DNA of 64,000 nucleotides from a bacterium. GTDB taxonomy: Bacteria; Patescibacteriota; Andersenbacteria; UBA10190; CAIZMI01. The DNA lies in assembly GCA_030647555.1 (NCBI GenBank), contig JAUSJG010000024.1, positions 3,878-67,877 of the forward strand, in the 5' to 3' direction. Below are positions 17,824 through 27,318 of the stretch, in pieces. The notes under the pieces were generated by a model. The model saw nothing but the letters and a program-made list of their open reading frames with translations. It was not told the DNA's origin and ran no database searches. The translations under genes were made by a program, and so were the position numbers. How positions within the stretch are numbered: the stretch's first letter is position 1; each line of letters opens with the position of its first letter.

Positions 17824-20703
17824 GTGTCAAAAAGCAACATCCACAAGTTTCTAATTCAGGACGAAAGAAACCAGAAAGGAAAGGATCTACTGCGAGAGAT
17901 CAAAGCAACGCTGGGAATCGGGAGTATCACATCAGTCAACACTCGACAGATATACCGTCTGGAAGGTTTGACTCAAGAACAAGCATATGATTTTGCGATG
18001 AGAATTCTTTGTGAACCACTCATCCAAACATGTTCGACGACACTTCCAGAAACAGAAGATGATGCCCCCTTGTTGTGGTATGAAGTCGCTTACAAGCGCG
18101 GTGTCATGAACCCGGCGGCGGCATCGATTGTTAAAACAGCGCATGATGACGGCTTAGCGAACCTGATTGCGGCCGACACCAGTTGGACGTACTGCTTTCA
18201 CGGCAACCCGACCCAAGAAGAACTTGAGCGCATTTTTTCACGCCTCCTGGTGAACGCGACTGTTGAACAGTTAGTCACCGAGGAGCCACTGTCTCTTTTG
18301 ACCGCAGTTATCCCGGGACCAATTGAACTAGTCGCAATCAGGGAAATGACGGATGAGGAACTGACAACGCTTTCTTCGAACCGCAGTCTTTTTCTCAACC
18401 TTGAAGAAATGCGCGTCATCAGACAGTATTTCATCGAATTGGGACGCGATCCCACTGACGGCGAAATCGAGATGCTTGCCCAAACCTGGAGCGAGCACTG
18501 CTGTCACAAGATTGCTCGAGCCAAACTTAAGGATGCGGAAACAGGCGCGATGAAAGAACCGCTTCTGAGGCGCCTAAGAGAGGAATCTGCAAAGTATCCG
18601 GATAATGTTTTGTCGTCTTTTGTGGACAACTCCGGCGTCATCCTTTTCTACGATGGCTGGGCTATTTGCGCCAAAATCGAAACCCACAACGCACCCAGCG
18701 CTTTGGAACCGTATGGTGGTGCAAACACCGGAACCGGTGGCGTCATTCGCGACCCGATGGGCACCGGCCAGGGAGCCAAGACGATTTTGTCTGTCGACGT
18801 TTTTTGTGTGGCCCCACCTGATTTACCGTCTTCCGAACTGCCCGAAGGATGCTTGCCTCCCCGTTATCTTTTCCAACGCGTTGTTGCCGGCGTTCGCGAC
18901 TATGGCAATCGCATGGGAATTCCGACCAGCAATGGCTCGGTTCATTTCCATCCCGATTTTCGTGCTAAACCGTCGGTCATTGTTGGCGCTGTTGGGATCC
19001 TACCCGAAGATAAGTGCCAAAAAGGGGAACCTGAACCAGGTGACCTTATTTTGGTTCTGGGTGGCAGAACCGGACGCGACGGCATTCACGGCGCTACTTT
19101 TTCCAGCGGAATGATGACAGATAGCACGACGAGAATTAACGGCAGTGCCGTCCAAATCGGCAACGCGATCGAAGAAGAACGGCTTGAAGACGCGATTCTG
19201 GATTGCCGAGACGCAAATTTGACGCGCGCACTTACGGATTGTGGCGCGGGAGGTCTTTCTTCGGCAATCGGCGAAATGGGAGCGACAGTAGGAGCGGAGG
19301 TGTGGTTGGAAAAAGCCCCACTCAAATACTCCGGCCTTGCTCCCTGGGAGATTTGGATTTCGGAATCACAAGAACGCATGGTCGTTTGTTGCAAAGAAGC
19401 CGACGCTCCGACTATCCTTCAGTTTTGCAAGGCACGCAATGTCGAAGCAACCGTAGTCGGCAAATTCACCGGCAACAGCAGGATCCTGGTTACGCACAAC
19501 GACAACAGTCTTTGCGACCTTTCGATGGACTTTCTACACAACGGCCTTCCCCAGCGCGTCATGACAATGCGACGACGTGCCAAGCAGGAGATAGAGCGGC
19601 TAGAAGTTGATGAGCCCGGATCTTCTACAGAGTGGGAAAAGTTGTACGCGAGGGTCATGGCACATGGCAACGTCTGTTCGAAAGAACCGATTGTGCGCAT
19701 GTACGACCACCGCGTCCAAGGTTCGAGTGCACTAATGCCTTTTTCGGGTCCGTCACAAGCGGGTCCGAACGATGCAACAGTACTCTGCCCAATTCTCGGG
19801 AAACCGTACGGTGTCGTTTTTTCACATGGTCTCAACCCCGTTCTCAACCGTATTGATCCCTACCATGGCGGTCTTTGGGCGGCGGTAGAAGCTCTGTCGA
19901 ATTATGTTGCGGTAGGTGGTGATTACCACGAGGCCGCACTGATCGACAACTTCATCTGGCCGTATCCGGACGAAGAGTACCTTTGGGATTTGGATCAGTC
20001 TTTTGAAGCATGTATCACGGCGATGCGGTTGTTCGGGATTCCTTTCGTTTCCGGCAAGGATAGCCTCTCTAGCACCTACAAGAAACGAGGTCTAGTGATT
20101 CACGTTCCGCCCGTTCTGTGCGTATCCGTGTTTGGCAAAATTCCTGACGTTTCCAAAACGGTCACTGCTGACCTTAAGCGAAACGACTCTCTCCTCTTTC
20201 TTGCGGGAGAGCTCGACACGCAAAACCTCGGTGGCTCCGCATATTACGATGTGCTTGGTGTCGCTGGCGGAGGAGTACCTTTGGCAGACTATCTCAAACT
20301 GCCAACCCTCTTCGACTGGCTCCACCGGCATATTGTGACTGATGACATTCTCTCTTGCCATGACATTAGCGAGGGCGGACTTGGTGCCGCGATCGCCGAA
20401 ATGTGCATTGGCGGAGAAGTGGAAGCCGAAATATGTGTCCCCGAGAATTTCAACGGTCGACCCGACCATTGGTTCTTCAGTGAGACTTCGGGATGTTTTG
20501 TCCTAGAAGTATCGCGCGAAAAAGCTGGGCAGCTAATCGAGGACGCGGCCCGGCTGACAATTCCTTTAGCACTGATCGGCCGAGTCAGCTCCGACCAGGA
20601 CATCTGGCTCAAACACAGTGACGGTCAGCTGCTTTTTGTCTCTTCTCTTCGAGAACTCAAACAAAGTTGGCAGCAGCCAATGAAGGAGGTGTTCGGTGAA
20701 TAG
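17824..20703 (+). CDS. purL: phosphoribosylformylglycinamidine synthase, PurS-PurL fusion (FGAM synthase II with N-terminal PurS-like domain), GTG start
   Basis: PurL AIR-synthase-like domains. ~200-aa N-terminal extension resembling PurS. SD aaaggaa upstream. Confidence 0.85.
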   Translation: MSKSNIHKFLIQDERNQKGKDLLREIKATLGIGSITSVNTRQIYRLEGLTQEQAYDFAMRILCEPLIQTCSTTLPETEDDAPLLWYEVAYKRGVMNPAAASIVKTAHDDGLANLIAADTSWTYCFHGNPTQEELERIFSRLLVNATVEQLVTEEPLSLLTAVIPGPIELVAIREMTDEELTTLSSNRSLFLNLEEMRVIRQYFIELGRDPTDGEIEMLAQTWSEHCCHKIARAKLKDAETGAMKEPLLRRLREESAKYPDNVLSSFVDNSGVILFYDGWAICAKIETHNAPSALEPYGGANTGTGGVIRDPMGTGQGAKTILSVDVFCVAPPDLPSSELPEGCLPPRYLFQRVVAGVRDYGNRMGIPTSNGSVHFHPDFRAKPSVIVGAVGILPEDKCQKGEPEPGDLILVLGGRTGRDGIHGATFSSGMMTDSTTRINGSAVQIGNAIEEERLEDAILDCRDANLTRALTDCGAGGLSSAIGEMGATVGAEVWLEKAPLKYSGLAPWEIWISESQERMVVCCKEADAPTILQFCKARNVEATVVGKFTGNSRILVTHNDNSLCDLSMDFLHNGLPQRVMTMRRRAKQEIERLEVDEPGSSTEWEKLYARVMAHGNVCSKEPIVRMYDHRVQGSSALMPFSGPSQAGPNDATVLCPILGKPYGVVFSHGLNPVLNRIDPYHGGLWAAVEALSNYVAVGGDYHEAALIDNFIWPYPDEEYLWDLDQSFEACITAMRLFGIPFVSGKDSLSSTYKKRGLVIHVPPVLCVSVFGKIPDVSKTVTADLKRNDSLLFLAGELDTQNLGGSAYYDVLGVAGGGVPLADYLKLPTLFDWLHRHIVTDDILSCHDISEGGLGAAIAEMCIGGEVEAEICVPENFNGRPDHWFFSETSGCFVLEVSREKAGQLIEDAARLTIPLALIGRVSSDQDIWLKHSDGQLLFVSSLRELKQSWQQPMKEVFGE

Positions 20704-21484
20704 ACCGAGGGTTTGCACCCTTTTAACAGACGGAATAAATTGCGAAAAAGAAACCGGCTATGCATTTGAAAAGGCCGGCGGACAATCGCAACTAGTTCAC
20801 ATCAATCAGCTTCGAAACCGTTCCGTCTCGCTCATGGATTTCGACATTCTCGCAATTCCCGGTGGCTTCTCTTACGGTGATGACATTGCCGCCGGAGTGG
20901 TTCTTGGAAACGAATTGATGTCATTCCTGCGAGATCAGTTACTCGCCTTTGTTGAAGCGAAACGTTTGGTACTTGGAATTTGCAACGGATTCCAGGTGCT
21001 TGTGAGGACGGGCTTACTCACACCATCAAATGCGAGTCTGCAATCCCCACGCATTGCACTCGTCGCAAATGACTGCGGCAAGTTCGTATGTCGCTGGGTG
21101 TCGATGACGGTATGCCAAGAATCCCTTTGCGTATTTACGCAGGGAATCGACAACATACCATTTGAGGCGCCGGCGGCACATGCGGAAGGAAAACTAGTCG
21201 CAGACGAACCCACCCTCCAGTGGATTACGGATCACCACCTGGCACCGTTACGCTACTGCGAGGCGGATGGAAATAACACGATGCGCTATCCCGCAAATCC
21301 CAATGGGTCACGTCTTTCCATAGCAGGAGTGTGTAATGACAAAGGAACGGTGTTCGGGATGATGCCACATCCCGAGGCCAACATTGAGCCTCATCACTAC
21401 TTCAACTGGCGCCGTCGGCCTCAAAACTCAAGGCCGCACGGGCTAAAGATCTTTGAAAACGCAATCCGCTACGCGCGGACATAG
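20696..21484 (+). CDS. purQ: phosphoribosylformylglycinamidine synthase I, glutaminase subunit PurQ
   Basis: ILAIPGGFSYGDD and LGICNGFQVL class-I amidotransferase motifs. GTGA overlap with purL. SD aaggagg. Confidence 0.85.
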   Translation: MNRPRVCTLLTDGINCEKETGYAFEKAGGQSQLVHINQLRNRSVSLMDFDILAIPGGFSYGDDIAAGVVLGNELMSFLRDQLLAFVEAKRLVLGICNGFQVLVRTGLLTPSNASLQSPRIALVANDCGKFVCRWVSMTVCQESLCVFTQGIDNIPFEAPAAHAEGKLVADEPTLQWITDHHLAPLRYCEADGNNTMRYPANPNGSRLSIAGVCNDKGTVFGMMPHPEANIEPHHYFNWRRRPQNSRPHGLKIFENAIRYART

Positions 21485-21487
21485 CCA

Positions 21488-21513
21488 CTGGCATTCCCAA
21501 TGCCAGTTTTTTT
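21488..21513 (+). terminator. rho-independent terminator after purQ
   Basis: ctggcatt-ccc-aatgccag stem followed by T7. Confidence 0.7.
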
Positions 21514-22759
21514 ATTGATCAAATACCAACTTCGCCGCTCCTAACGCCGTTCCGTCAAAAATTTTTTGGGGCACAATTTTTATTCCGGAAATTTCTTCTT
21601 GAAATTTTCCAACAATTCCATCGCGCATCACCCCACCATCTATCACAATTTCCGTCGGTTTATGCGGTAACTTCTTAATTACTTTATCTACATCAATCGC
21701 GATTTCTTTCAGATATTTTTTAAGCGCCGGTTTATCGGCCAACAATTTCAAAACTTCCTTGGCCCCGCGATCCATTTTTGCTTCAATCGCGAAGTTTTCG
21801 CCACCGGCCGTGATTGTTGTAAAAAATCCTTCACGTAACAAAAACTCTTTGCCGATAATTTGCATGATGAATGTGCCCGTCCCGTATGTAATTTTTGTCG
21901 TCCCTTCCGTGTCCCCCGCCGCATAAAGACTGGCTTGCTGATCGCCACAGACTGTAAGAATTGGTAGAGAAAATCCTAATATATCTTTTTTTAGATTTCC
22001 AAAGTGACCCTGCGTTTTTTTAATTTCCGGCAGAATTTCTATATTAACATTAAACATATTCAATAATTCATCGTCCCATTGTTTGGTTTTGATATTACAA
22101 AGCAGGGTGCGTGTGGCATTTGTCACGTCGGTGCTAAACACCTGTTCTTCAGTCAAATTCCATAAAAGCCAGGAATCTACTGTCCCGCAAGCCAAACAAT
22201 TTTTCTCTGCTGCTAATTTTACTTCCGGCACGTTATCTAAAAGCCAGCTGATTTTTGACGCAGAAAAATACGGAAGAATCGGCAAGCCGGTTTTTTGCAA
22301 AACCACTTCTCCAAATTTTTTTGCCAATTCCTGACAATATTCATTCGTGCGCGTGTCTTTCCAAACAATCGCCGGATAAAACGGCCAAGCTGTTTTCTTG
22401 TCCCAAGCAATAATCGTTTCCCGTTGGTTGGTGATGCTCATTCCCAAAAAATCTTCTTCCTTTATTTTACTGGCGCTTACTGCCTCCGCTAAAACTTCTT
22501 TGCTCAATTGAATAATTTCAGCGGGGTCTTGTTCCACGTGCCCGGGATGCAACCTTATTTCTCCGATTGTCCGATTGGCCTTCGCAACAATATCGCCACC
22601 CCTGGAAAATACAAACGCCTTGATACCCGTCGTGCCGACATCCAAAACTAAAACAAATTTATTTTCGAGGGATTTCACAAACCAGTTGTTTAGCGTCCGT
22701 GGTGCCACACGCGCAGATCGCCAAAGGAAAATATTCGACAATCGATTTTTTTTCAACAA
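21512..22759 (-). CDS. FGGY-family carbohydrate kinase, glycerol-kinase-like (short form); the true start probably lies downstream of the listed one, near VKSLENKFVLVLDVGTT
   Basis: LDVGTTGIKAFVF, HVEQDPAEI, ITNQRETIIAWDK and WKDTRT motifs. The listed N-terminus overlaps gpsA by ~100 bp, so an alternative start is likely. Confidence 0.65.
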   Translation of the reverse strand: MLKKNRLSNIFLWRSARVAPRTLNNWFVKSLENKFVLVLDVGTTGIKAFVFSRGGDIVAKANRTIGEIRLHPGHVEQDPAEIIQLSKEVLAEAVSASKIKEEDFLGMSITNQRETIIAWDKKTAWPFYPAIVWKDTRTNEYCQELAKKFGEVVLQKTGLPILPYFSASKISWLLDNVPEVKLAAEKNCLACGTVDSWLLWNLTEEQVFSTDVTNATRTLLCNIKTKQWDDELLNMFNVNIEILPEIKKTQGHFGNLKKDILGFSLPILTVCGDQQASLYAAGDTEGTTKITYGTGTFIMQIIGKEFLLREGFFTTITAGGENFAIEAKMDRGAKEVLKLLADKPALKKYLKEIAIDVDKVIKKLPHKPTEIVIDGGVMRDGIVGKFQEEISGIKIVPQKIFDGTALGAAKLVFDQ

Positions 22760-23594
22760 TTACCAAGTGCAAAATATTCAACAACGGATAACGAGAATAT
22801 TTTCCCAGACGCTTACAGATTTGGGCAATTGATTTCGTCCCCTCGCTGGTCATCGCGGAGGCAGGATCTTTCACCAAGCTCACGCCGGTTTGATGATTGT
22901 GAGAATCATTACTAAAACCGGTCGCCACTAAATCGCCAATACCGGATTGTCCGTAAACAGTCACCTTCTTTCCCCCCAATTTTGGCACAATTTCACTCAT
23001 TTCCAAACAAGCTTGCGCCACATACCAACCGCGAAAATTACTACCCAGTTCCAAACCATGGGTAATCCCCAAGCCAACCGAATAAATATTTTTCAAAACA
23101 CCCGTTAGTGCGACCCCGCGCATGTCGGTAGAAAAAGTAAGTCGTAAATCATGGCAACGGAATAAGGGAATTACTTTTTTAGCCATTCCGGCAGAATATG
23201 CCGCCAAAACTGCCGCTGTTCCTTTTCCCGCACTTATTTCTTCCGCAATCATCGGACCGTATAACAACATTCCTCTTTTTCGCCCCAAATACTCCTTGAG
23301 AACTTGATCCATCGTTTTGCCTGTATTTGCTTCTAATCCCTTGGCCAAAACAATCACGGGAACACTTCTGCCCACCTCGTCGGAAATATCACTCAAAACG
23401 GCACGTACCGCTTTTGAGGGAATGGCTAAAAAAATGACGTCCGCGTTAGGTACCAATTCCCGAAGATTTTTTTGTTTTGGCACTTTCTTTGGCTCGCTAT
23501 CCCAAAAATCGACTGTGCACTTATTTGCTTTAACGAGAATTTTCGCAATCGCCTGTCCAATCTCTCCCGCGCCAATAATAAGAACTTTTTGCAT
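22659..23594 (-). CDS. gpsA: NAD(P)H-dependent glycerol-3-phosphate dehydrogenase
   Basis: IIGAGEIGQAIA Rossmann motif and GpsA-like core (KNIYSVGLGI...). Confidence 0.8.
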   Translation of the reverse strand: MQKVLIIGAGEIGQAIAKILVKANKCTVDFWDSEPKKVPKQKNLRELVPNADVIFLAIPSKAVRAVLSDISDEVGRSVPVIVLAKGLEANTGKTMDQVLKEYLGRKRGMLLYGPMIAEEISAGKGTAAVLAAYSAGMAKKVIPLFRCHDLRLTFSTDMRGVALTGVLKNIYSVGLGITHGLELGSNFRGWYVAQACLEMSEIVPKLGGKKVTVYGQSGIGDLVATGFSNDSHNHQTGVSLVKDPASAMTSEGTKSIAQICKRLGKYSRYPLLNILHLVIVEKKSIVEYFPLAICACGTTDAKQLVCEIPRK

Positions 23595-23601
23595 AAATCA
23601 A

Positions 23602-24330
23602 TTATAGCTTAAAACCGCCCGAAACGTTTGCTTTTGCCCATTGATTCAGCCATTTTACCTGTCCCTCACTCACGCCACCTTGAAACGCGCGGGATTCTTC
23701 AATTGCTTTATCCATTGGCCAGCCTTGCACGGAATAACGATACAGAACAACCATTGTTCCAGCCCTGCCAATGCCACCACGACAATGCACGTGCACCGGT
23801 TGATTAGCGGGATTTGTCACAAAAGTCAAAAATTCTTTCGCCTGTGCATCCGTTGGTGGTGATCCGTCGGCAATCGGAAGTGCTAAATAATTTAACCCCA
23901 AAGCATTAAACCCAGGAATCTTACGATCATCACCCACTTCGCCACGTTCGCCATCGACACGCAGATCAATATCGCTTTTCCAGCCATTCTCTTTCATCCA
24001 CTTAAACCCAGATAATAACGGCTGTCCAGAACGTGATAAAATATTCGGCACCGGCATCGCAAACGACCAGAGGCCATAATCTTTCGGGGCATTGCTTGGA
24101 ATCCCCTGCCTTGGTCCCACAAAAACAATGTTTGGCGCCGTACTAGGAACGACCGTCTGGACAGCCAGTTCATTCTTTTGTGAGACAGACGATGAAACAG
24201 GCAATTTTGTCGGATTTGTAATTTCCAATGGCAAAGACAACTTATTGTCTTTAGGGCGCAATCCAAACCAAACGCCAAGAATTACAACAACCAAGACCGC
24301 TAAACCAATAATTATTTTATTCTTTTTCAT
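23602..24330 (-). CDS. membrane-anchored protein tyrosine/dual-specificity phosphatase (CX5R)
   Basis: VHCRGGIGRAGT P-loop. N-terminal TM helix. Confidence 0.65.
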   Translation of the reverse strand: MKKNKIIIGLAVLVVVILGVWFGLRPKDNKLSLPLEITNPTKLPVSSSVSQKNELAVQTVVPSTAPNIVFVGPRQGIPSNAPKDYGLWSFAMPVPNILSRSGQPLLSGFKWMKENGWKSDIDLRVDGERGEVGDDRKIPGFNALGLNYLALPIADGSPPTDAQAKEFLTFVTNPANQPVHVHCRGGIGRAGTMVVLYRYSVQGWPMDKAIEESRAFQGGVSEGQVKWLNQWAKANVSGGFKL

Positions 24331-24401
24331 ACTTGTATTCTAGCACTTTAAGGATCACCCCTAAAGTCAGCGTTCATAAATCATATATCATCAATCATTA
24401 T

Positions 24402-25451
24402 TCACGGACTATTCTGATCAATCGCGATTGTTGTGACGTATCCTAATTTTTTATATTCATTGACCAGTTTGCCGGTAGTCGGCGTCACTTCCAAAACACC
24501 TCCGGAAATAGCGATTAAAACATTGCCATTCCCCAACTTAACTACATCCGTCGGGTGGTTGATTTTGCGACCACCTTCTAAAGTACTTAGCGTCCAAAGA
24601 ATTTTTCCTTGCTTATCAACTTCAAAAACTTCATTTTTATTCCTATCTTCCATGACGAAGGTGTCGGTGTTTGTCGGCCAAACGTGTTGAATCCACCCTG
24701 CATCCGGTTTCGTCCATTCCCAAACAATATTTTTTGTGGCTCGATCAATAATCAAAACCTTCTTCTGTAGGGTATCTGTAATAAGAATTTGTTTGCCCCC
24801 ATCCAATGGAACAGTATTTGTTCCCGCCATCAACATTCCCGGTTTCGTCCCCATTTTCAAAGTCTCGCCATATTGCCAGACAATTTTATTGGTATTTTGA
24901 TCGACGATAATTACGCGACGATTGTTGCCGTCGTTAATCAAAACTTCGTGGTCGTTAATCTTAAATGTTTTATCCGGCTGATGCAGATAACCATCCGAGT
25001 AACCCTGAATATCTTTTTTGCCATATTGCCAAACCAACTGGTGCGTTTTTCGATCGATTTCTTGCACGAACATTCCTTCGCCGTCCGAAACAATTAAATT
25101 GCCGTTTGAAGCAACAGTTACATATTCGGTATGCGTGGAATAACCGCTTGGGGGGAGTGGTGGCGCATCCATGTGCTGAATCCACACTTGTTTTCCCGCT
25201 CGATCGATCCCAACAACCCGTTTTCCATCAAAATCCGTATACCAAAGTGTGACAAAATCCAGGGGCACTGGAGTTGTTGCCAATGTCACAATCTGATTTT
25301 TTGCCGCCGGCAACCGTTTTCCTGCGAGTTTTAAAATATAATTGGCTACCCTGGAAGCATCTTTCCCACTACCGACATACAAACTACCGACACCGGCAAT
25401 TATCGCTGTGACAACAAGCACTGTGGTTATCGAAACTTTTTTATTAGCCAT
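24402..25451 (-). CDS. membrane-anchored beta-propeller repeat protein (ASST/PQQ-like)
   Basis: Roughly 50-aa periodic repeats with (I/L)VWQYG / IVWEWTK / ILWTLS. Confidence 0.45.
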   Translation of the reverse strand: MANKKVSITTVLVVTAIIAGVGSLYVGSGKDASRVANYILKLAGKRLPAAKNQIVTLATTPVPLDFVTLWYTDFDGKRVVGIDRAGKQVWIQHMDAPPLPPSGYSTHTEYVTVASNGNLIVSDGEGMFVQEIDRKTHQLVWQYGKKDIQGYSDGYLHQPDKTFKINDHEVLINDGNNRRVIIVDQNTNKIVWQYGETLKMGTKPGMLMAGTNTVPLDGGKQILITDTLQKKVLIIDRATKNIVWEWTKPDAGWIQHVWPTNTDTFVMEDRNKNEVFEVDKQGKILWTLSTLEGGRKINHPTDVVKLGNGNVLIAISGGVLEVTPTTGKLVNEYKKLGYVTTIAIDQNSP

Positions 25452-25512
25452 ACCAAAACATAGAAATACCTATTCCATAGTTTAGCATTATTTTATCTCT
25501 TTCACTAACCAA

Positions 25513-26106
25513 CTACTCAATGACAACGCCTTCTTCCAGCAAGATTTGATAGTGAACAGGGGATTGGCGAAAAAGATACTCCACCACCTTGCCACGAACG
25601 GAAGCAAGCTTAAGGTCGTGCTTTGACGCAAAACTCACGATTTGCTTTTCCGCGTCTTTCGTTCCCGCAACATCATCAATCAAAAGCTCTACCTCGGCCA
25701 GCGCGTAACCAAAATCGCACGCATCAATGTCAATATTAAATTGTTCTTTTTTGAATTTTTCACGCCGTGTAGTAATAGTAACAAATGGAACATACCCCGC
25801 CGTCTTTAAATCGATCAGAAATTCCCCACCCTTGGGGATATTTAACATCTGACGCACTTCTTCCTCCGCAGTAAACTCCTCATAACGATTACACAAGTGT
25901 TCGTTCTTTTCTTCCGTTTCCAACGGCATTTTCAATTCCACCTGTTTATCGCGCATTCGAAGCCAAATATCATTTTTAGTAAGTTCGTAATTGTGTTTAT
26001 CGAAATAGGTGTCAGTAAAAACTTTCTCGCCCAAAAATTTCGCACCCTTCTTCAAGCGTTTTTCCTGCGCAGGAGTCAACAAAAACTTCTTTTCAATTTC
26101 AATCAT
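25513..26106 (-). CDS. CYTH-domain protein (triphosphate tunnel metalloenzyme, CyaB/ThTPase-like)
   Basis: N-terminal EIEKKFLL (ExExK) signature. Confidence 0.75.
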   Translation of the reverse strand: MIEIEKKFLLTPAQEKRLKKGAKFLGEKVFTDTYFDKHNYELTKNDIWLRMRDKQVELKMPLETEEKNEHLCNRYEEFTAEEEVRQMLNIPKGGEFLIDLKTAGYVPFVTITTRREKFKKEQFNIDIDACDFGYALAEVELLIDDVAGTKDAEKQIVSFASKHDLKLASVRGKVVEYLFRQSPVHYQILLEEGVVIE

Positions 26107-26135
26107 AAATCGGATGATACAGGACTTTTTAAGTT

Positions 26136-26735
26136 TTATCTATTATTTTTGTGGGATTTGGAAACTAGCCATTTAACCAATGCAATAATTCCAACGATAC
26201 CCAATACCCACCAAATCACGGTAAATAGACTACCCGCTCCACCACCGTAAGAATAGCCAAAATTCATCATAGAATTATAACCGCGTCCCGAACTATTAAA
26301 CGTTCCACTTCCGCCCATCATATTCATCATCGACATAAATCCGACATCTTGCGCCGGAAAAGCGACCATCGTATCACAACCGCTGAAACGTTTACCCATC
26401 ACAATGTGCATTTGTTCTTCGCCGGACTTTCCCATCATCCTCTGCATCATTTCGTTCATCACGATGTGCCTTTGTGTATCACCGATCGATTGACCCATAA
26501 AATATTCACCAATTTTTTCAAAGTTGTCATCCGTAAGTTGAGAACAATTGATGGTTTTTTGACTTAATTGATCCAAAAACTTTTTCCCGTCTTGTTCTTC
26601 TTGTTGCTGACTCTGTACAACCGAGCTATCTGCCGTTTGATTTATATATCCCATCATCCCCTGCGCAAGAGTTGCGCTTGGTAGGAATACTGCCAAGCCT
26701 AACGCAACTAAACCGATTAAAAATATTTTATTCAT
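26136..26735 (-). CDS. secreted Met-rich protein with C-terminal TM anchor, putative copper-binding
   Basis: Signal peptide. MMQRMMGKSGEEQMHIVMG and MSMMNMMGG Met-rich motifs. Sits in the copper island. Confidence 0.5.
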   Translation of the reverse strand: MNKIFLIGLVALGLAVFLPSATLAQGMMGYINQTADSSVVQSQQQEEQDGKKFLDQLSQKTINCSQLTDDNFEKIGEYFMGQSIGDTQRHIVMNEMMQRMMGKSGEEQMHIVMGKRFSGCDTMVAFPAQDVGFMSMMNMMGGSGTFNSSGRGYNSMMNFGYSYGGGAGSLFTVIWWVLGIVGIIALVKWLVSKSHKNNR

Positions 26736-26759
26736 TTAGATTGTAATTAATTGTAAACT

Positions 26760-27017
26760 TTAATGACAGCTACTGTTGTGTTTTGAATCACTGTCGTCTT
26801 TCGTGTCAGAATTTTCTTGATCGTTTTTGGGAGCAGAATGCTTTTTGTGCATCCAAAAATGCAACACCAAAAAACCGCCGATAAAAATCGGCCATAAATA
26901 CCACCGCGAAAGCCACTGGCCGGCACCAGGAATAAGAACCAACAGCGGAAAAAGACAACACAGCATCATCAGCCACATCATTGGCGAACTGCTATCGCCG
27001 TGTTTATGATTTGACAT
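26760..27017 (-). CDS. small His/Cys-containing membrane protein (DUF2933-like)
   Basis: MMWLMMLCCLFPLLVL TM region with His-rich termini; co-located with heavy-metal ATPases. Confidence 0.4.
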   Translation of the reverse strand: MSNHKHGDSSSPMMWLMMLCCLFPLLVLIPGAGQWLSRWYLWPIFIGGFLVLHFWMHKKHSAPKNDQENSDTKDDSDSKHNSSCH

Positions 27018-27020
27018 AGT

Positions 27021-27290
27021 TTATTTGTTCCTTTCTTCAAGGCTGGCATTAAACATCCAAACCATATAACAACCATAAATAACAGAAAAAACCAATACGT
27101 ATGCGGTACCCAAAATTACACTTCCAAAATTTATCCAAGTAAATCCAGGTAACGTCTCAAAAAGGGCATGGTGTAATTCCATCCCTTGGGTAGACCGCAA
27201 CGGAAGAAACCCGCCGAGCAAACAAACAGCATAAACTATTTCACCACCCAAGACACAGCGCCAAACGTACTTAACTAACGATAATTTCAT
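27021..27290 (-). CDS. small integral membrane protein (start taken at the internal MKLSL to avoid overlap with the ATPase)
   Basis: Two or three predicted TM helices; the ORF-track start at 27374 overlaps the upstream gene. Confidence 0.35.
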   Translation of the reverse strand: MKLSLVKYVWRCVLGGEIVYAVCLLGGFLPLRSTQGMELHHALFETLPGFTWINFGSVILGTAYVLVFSVIYGCYMVWMFNASLEERNK

Positions 27291-27318
27291 ATTTTTAAAA
27301 TATTTATAAATAAATTTT

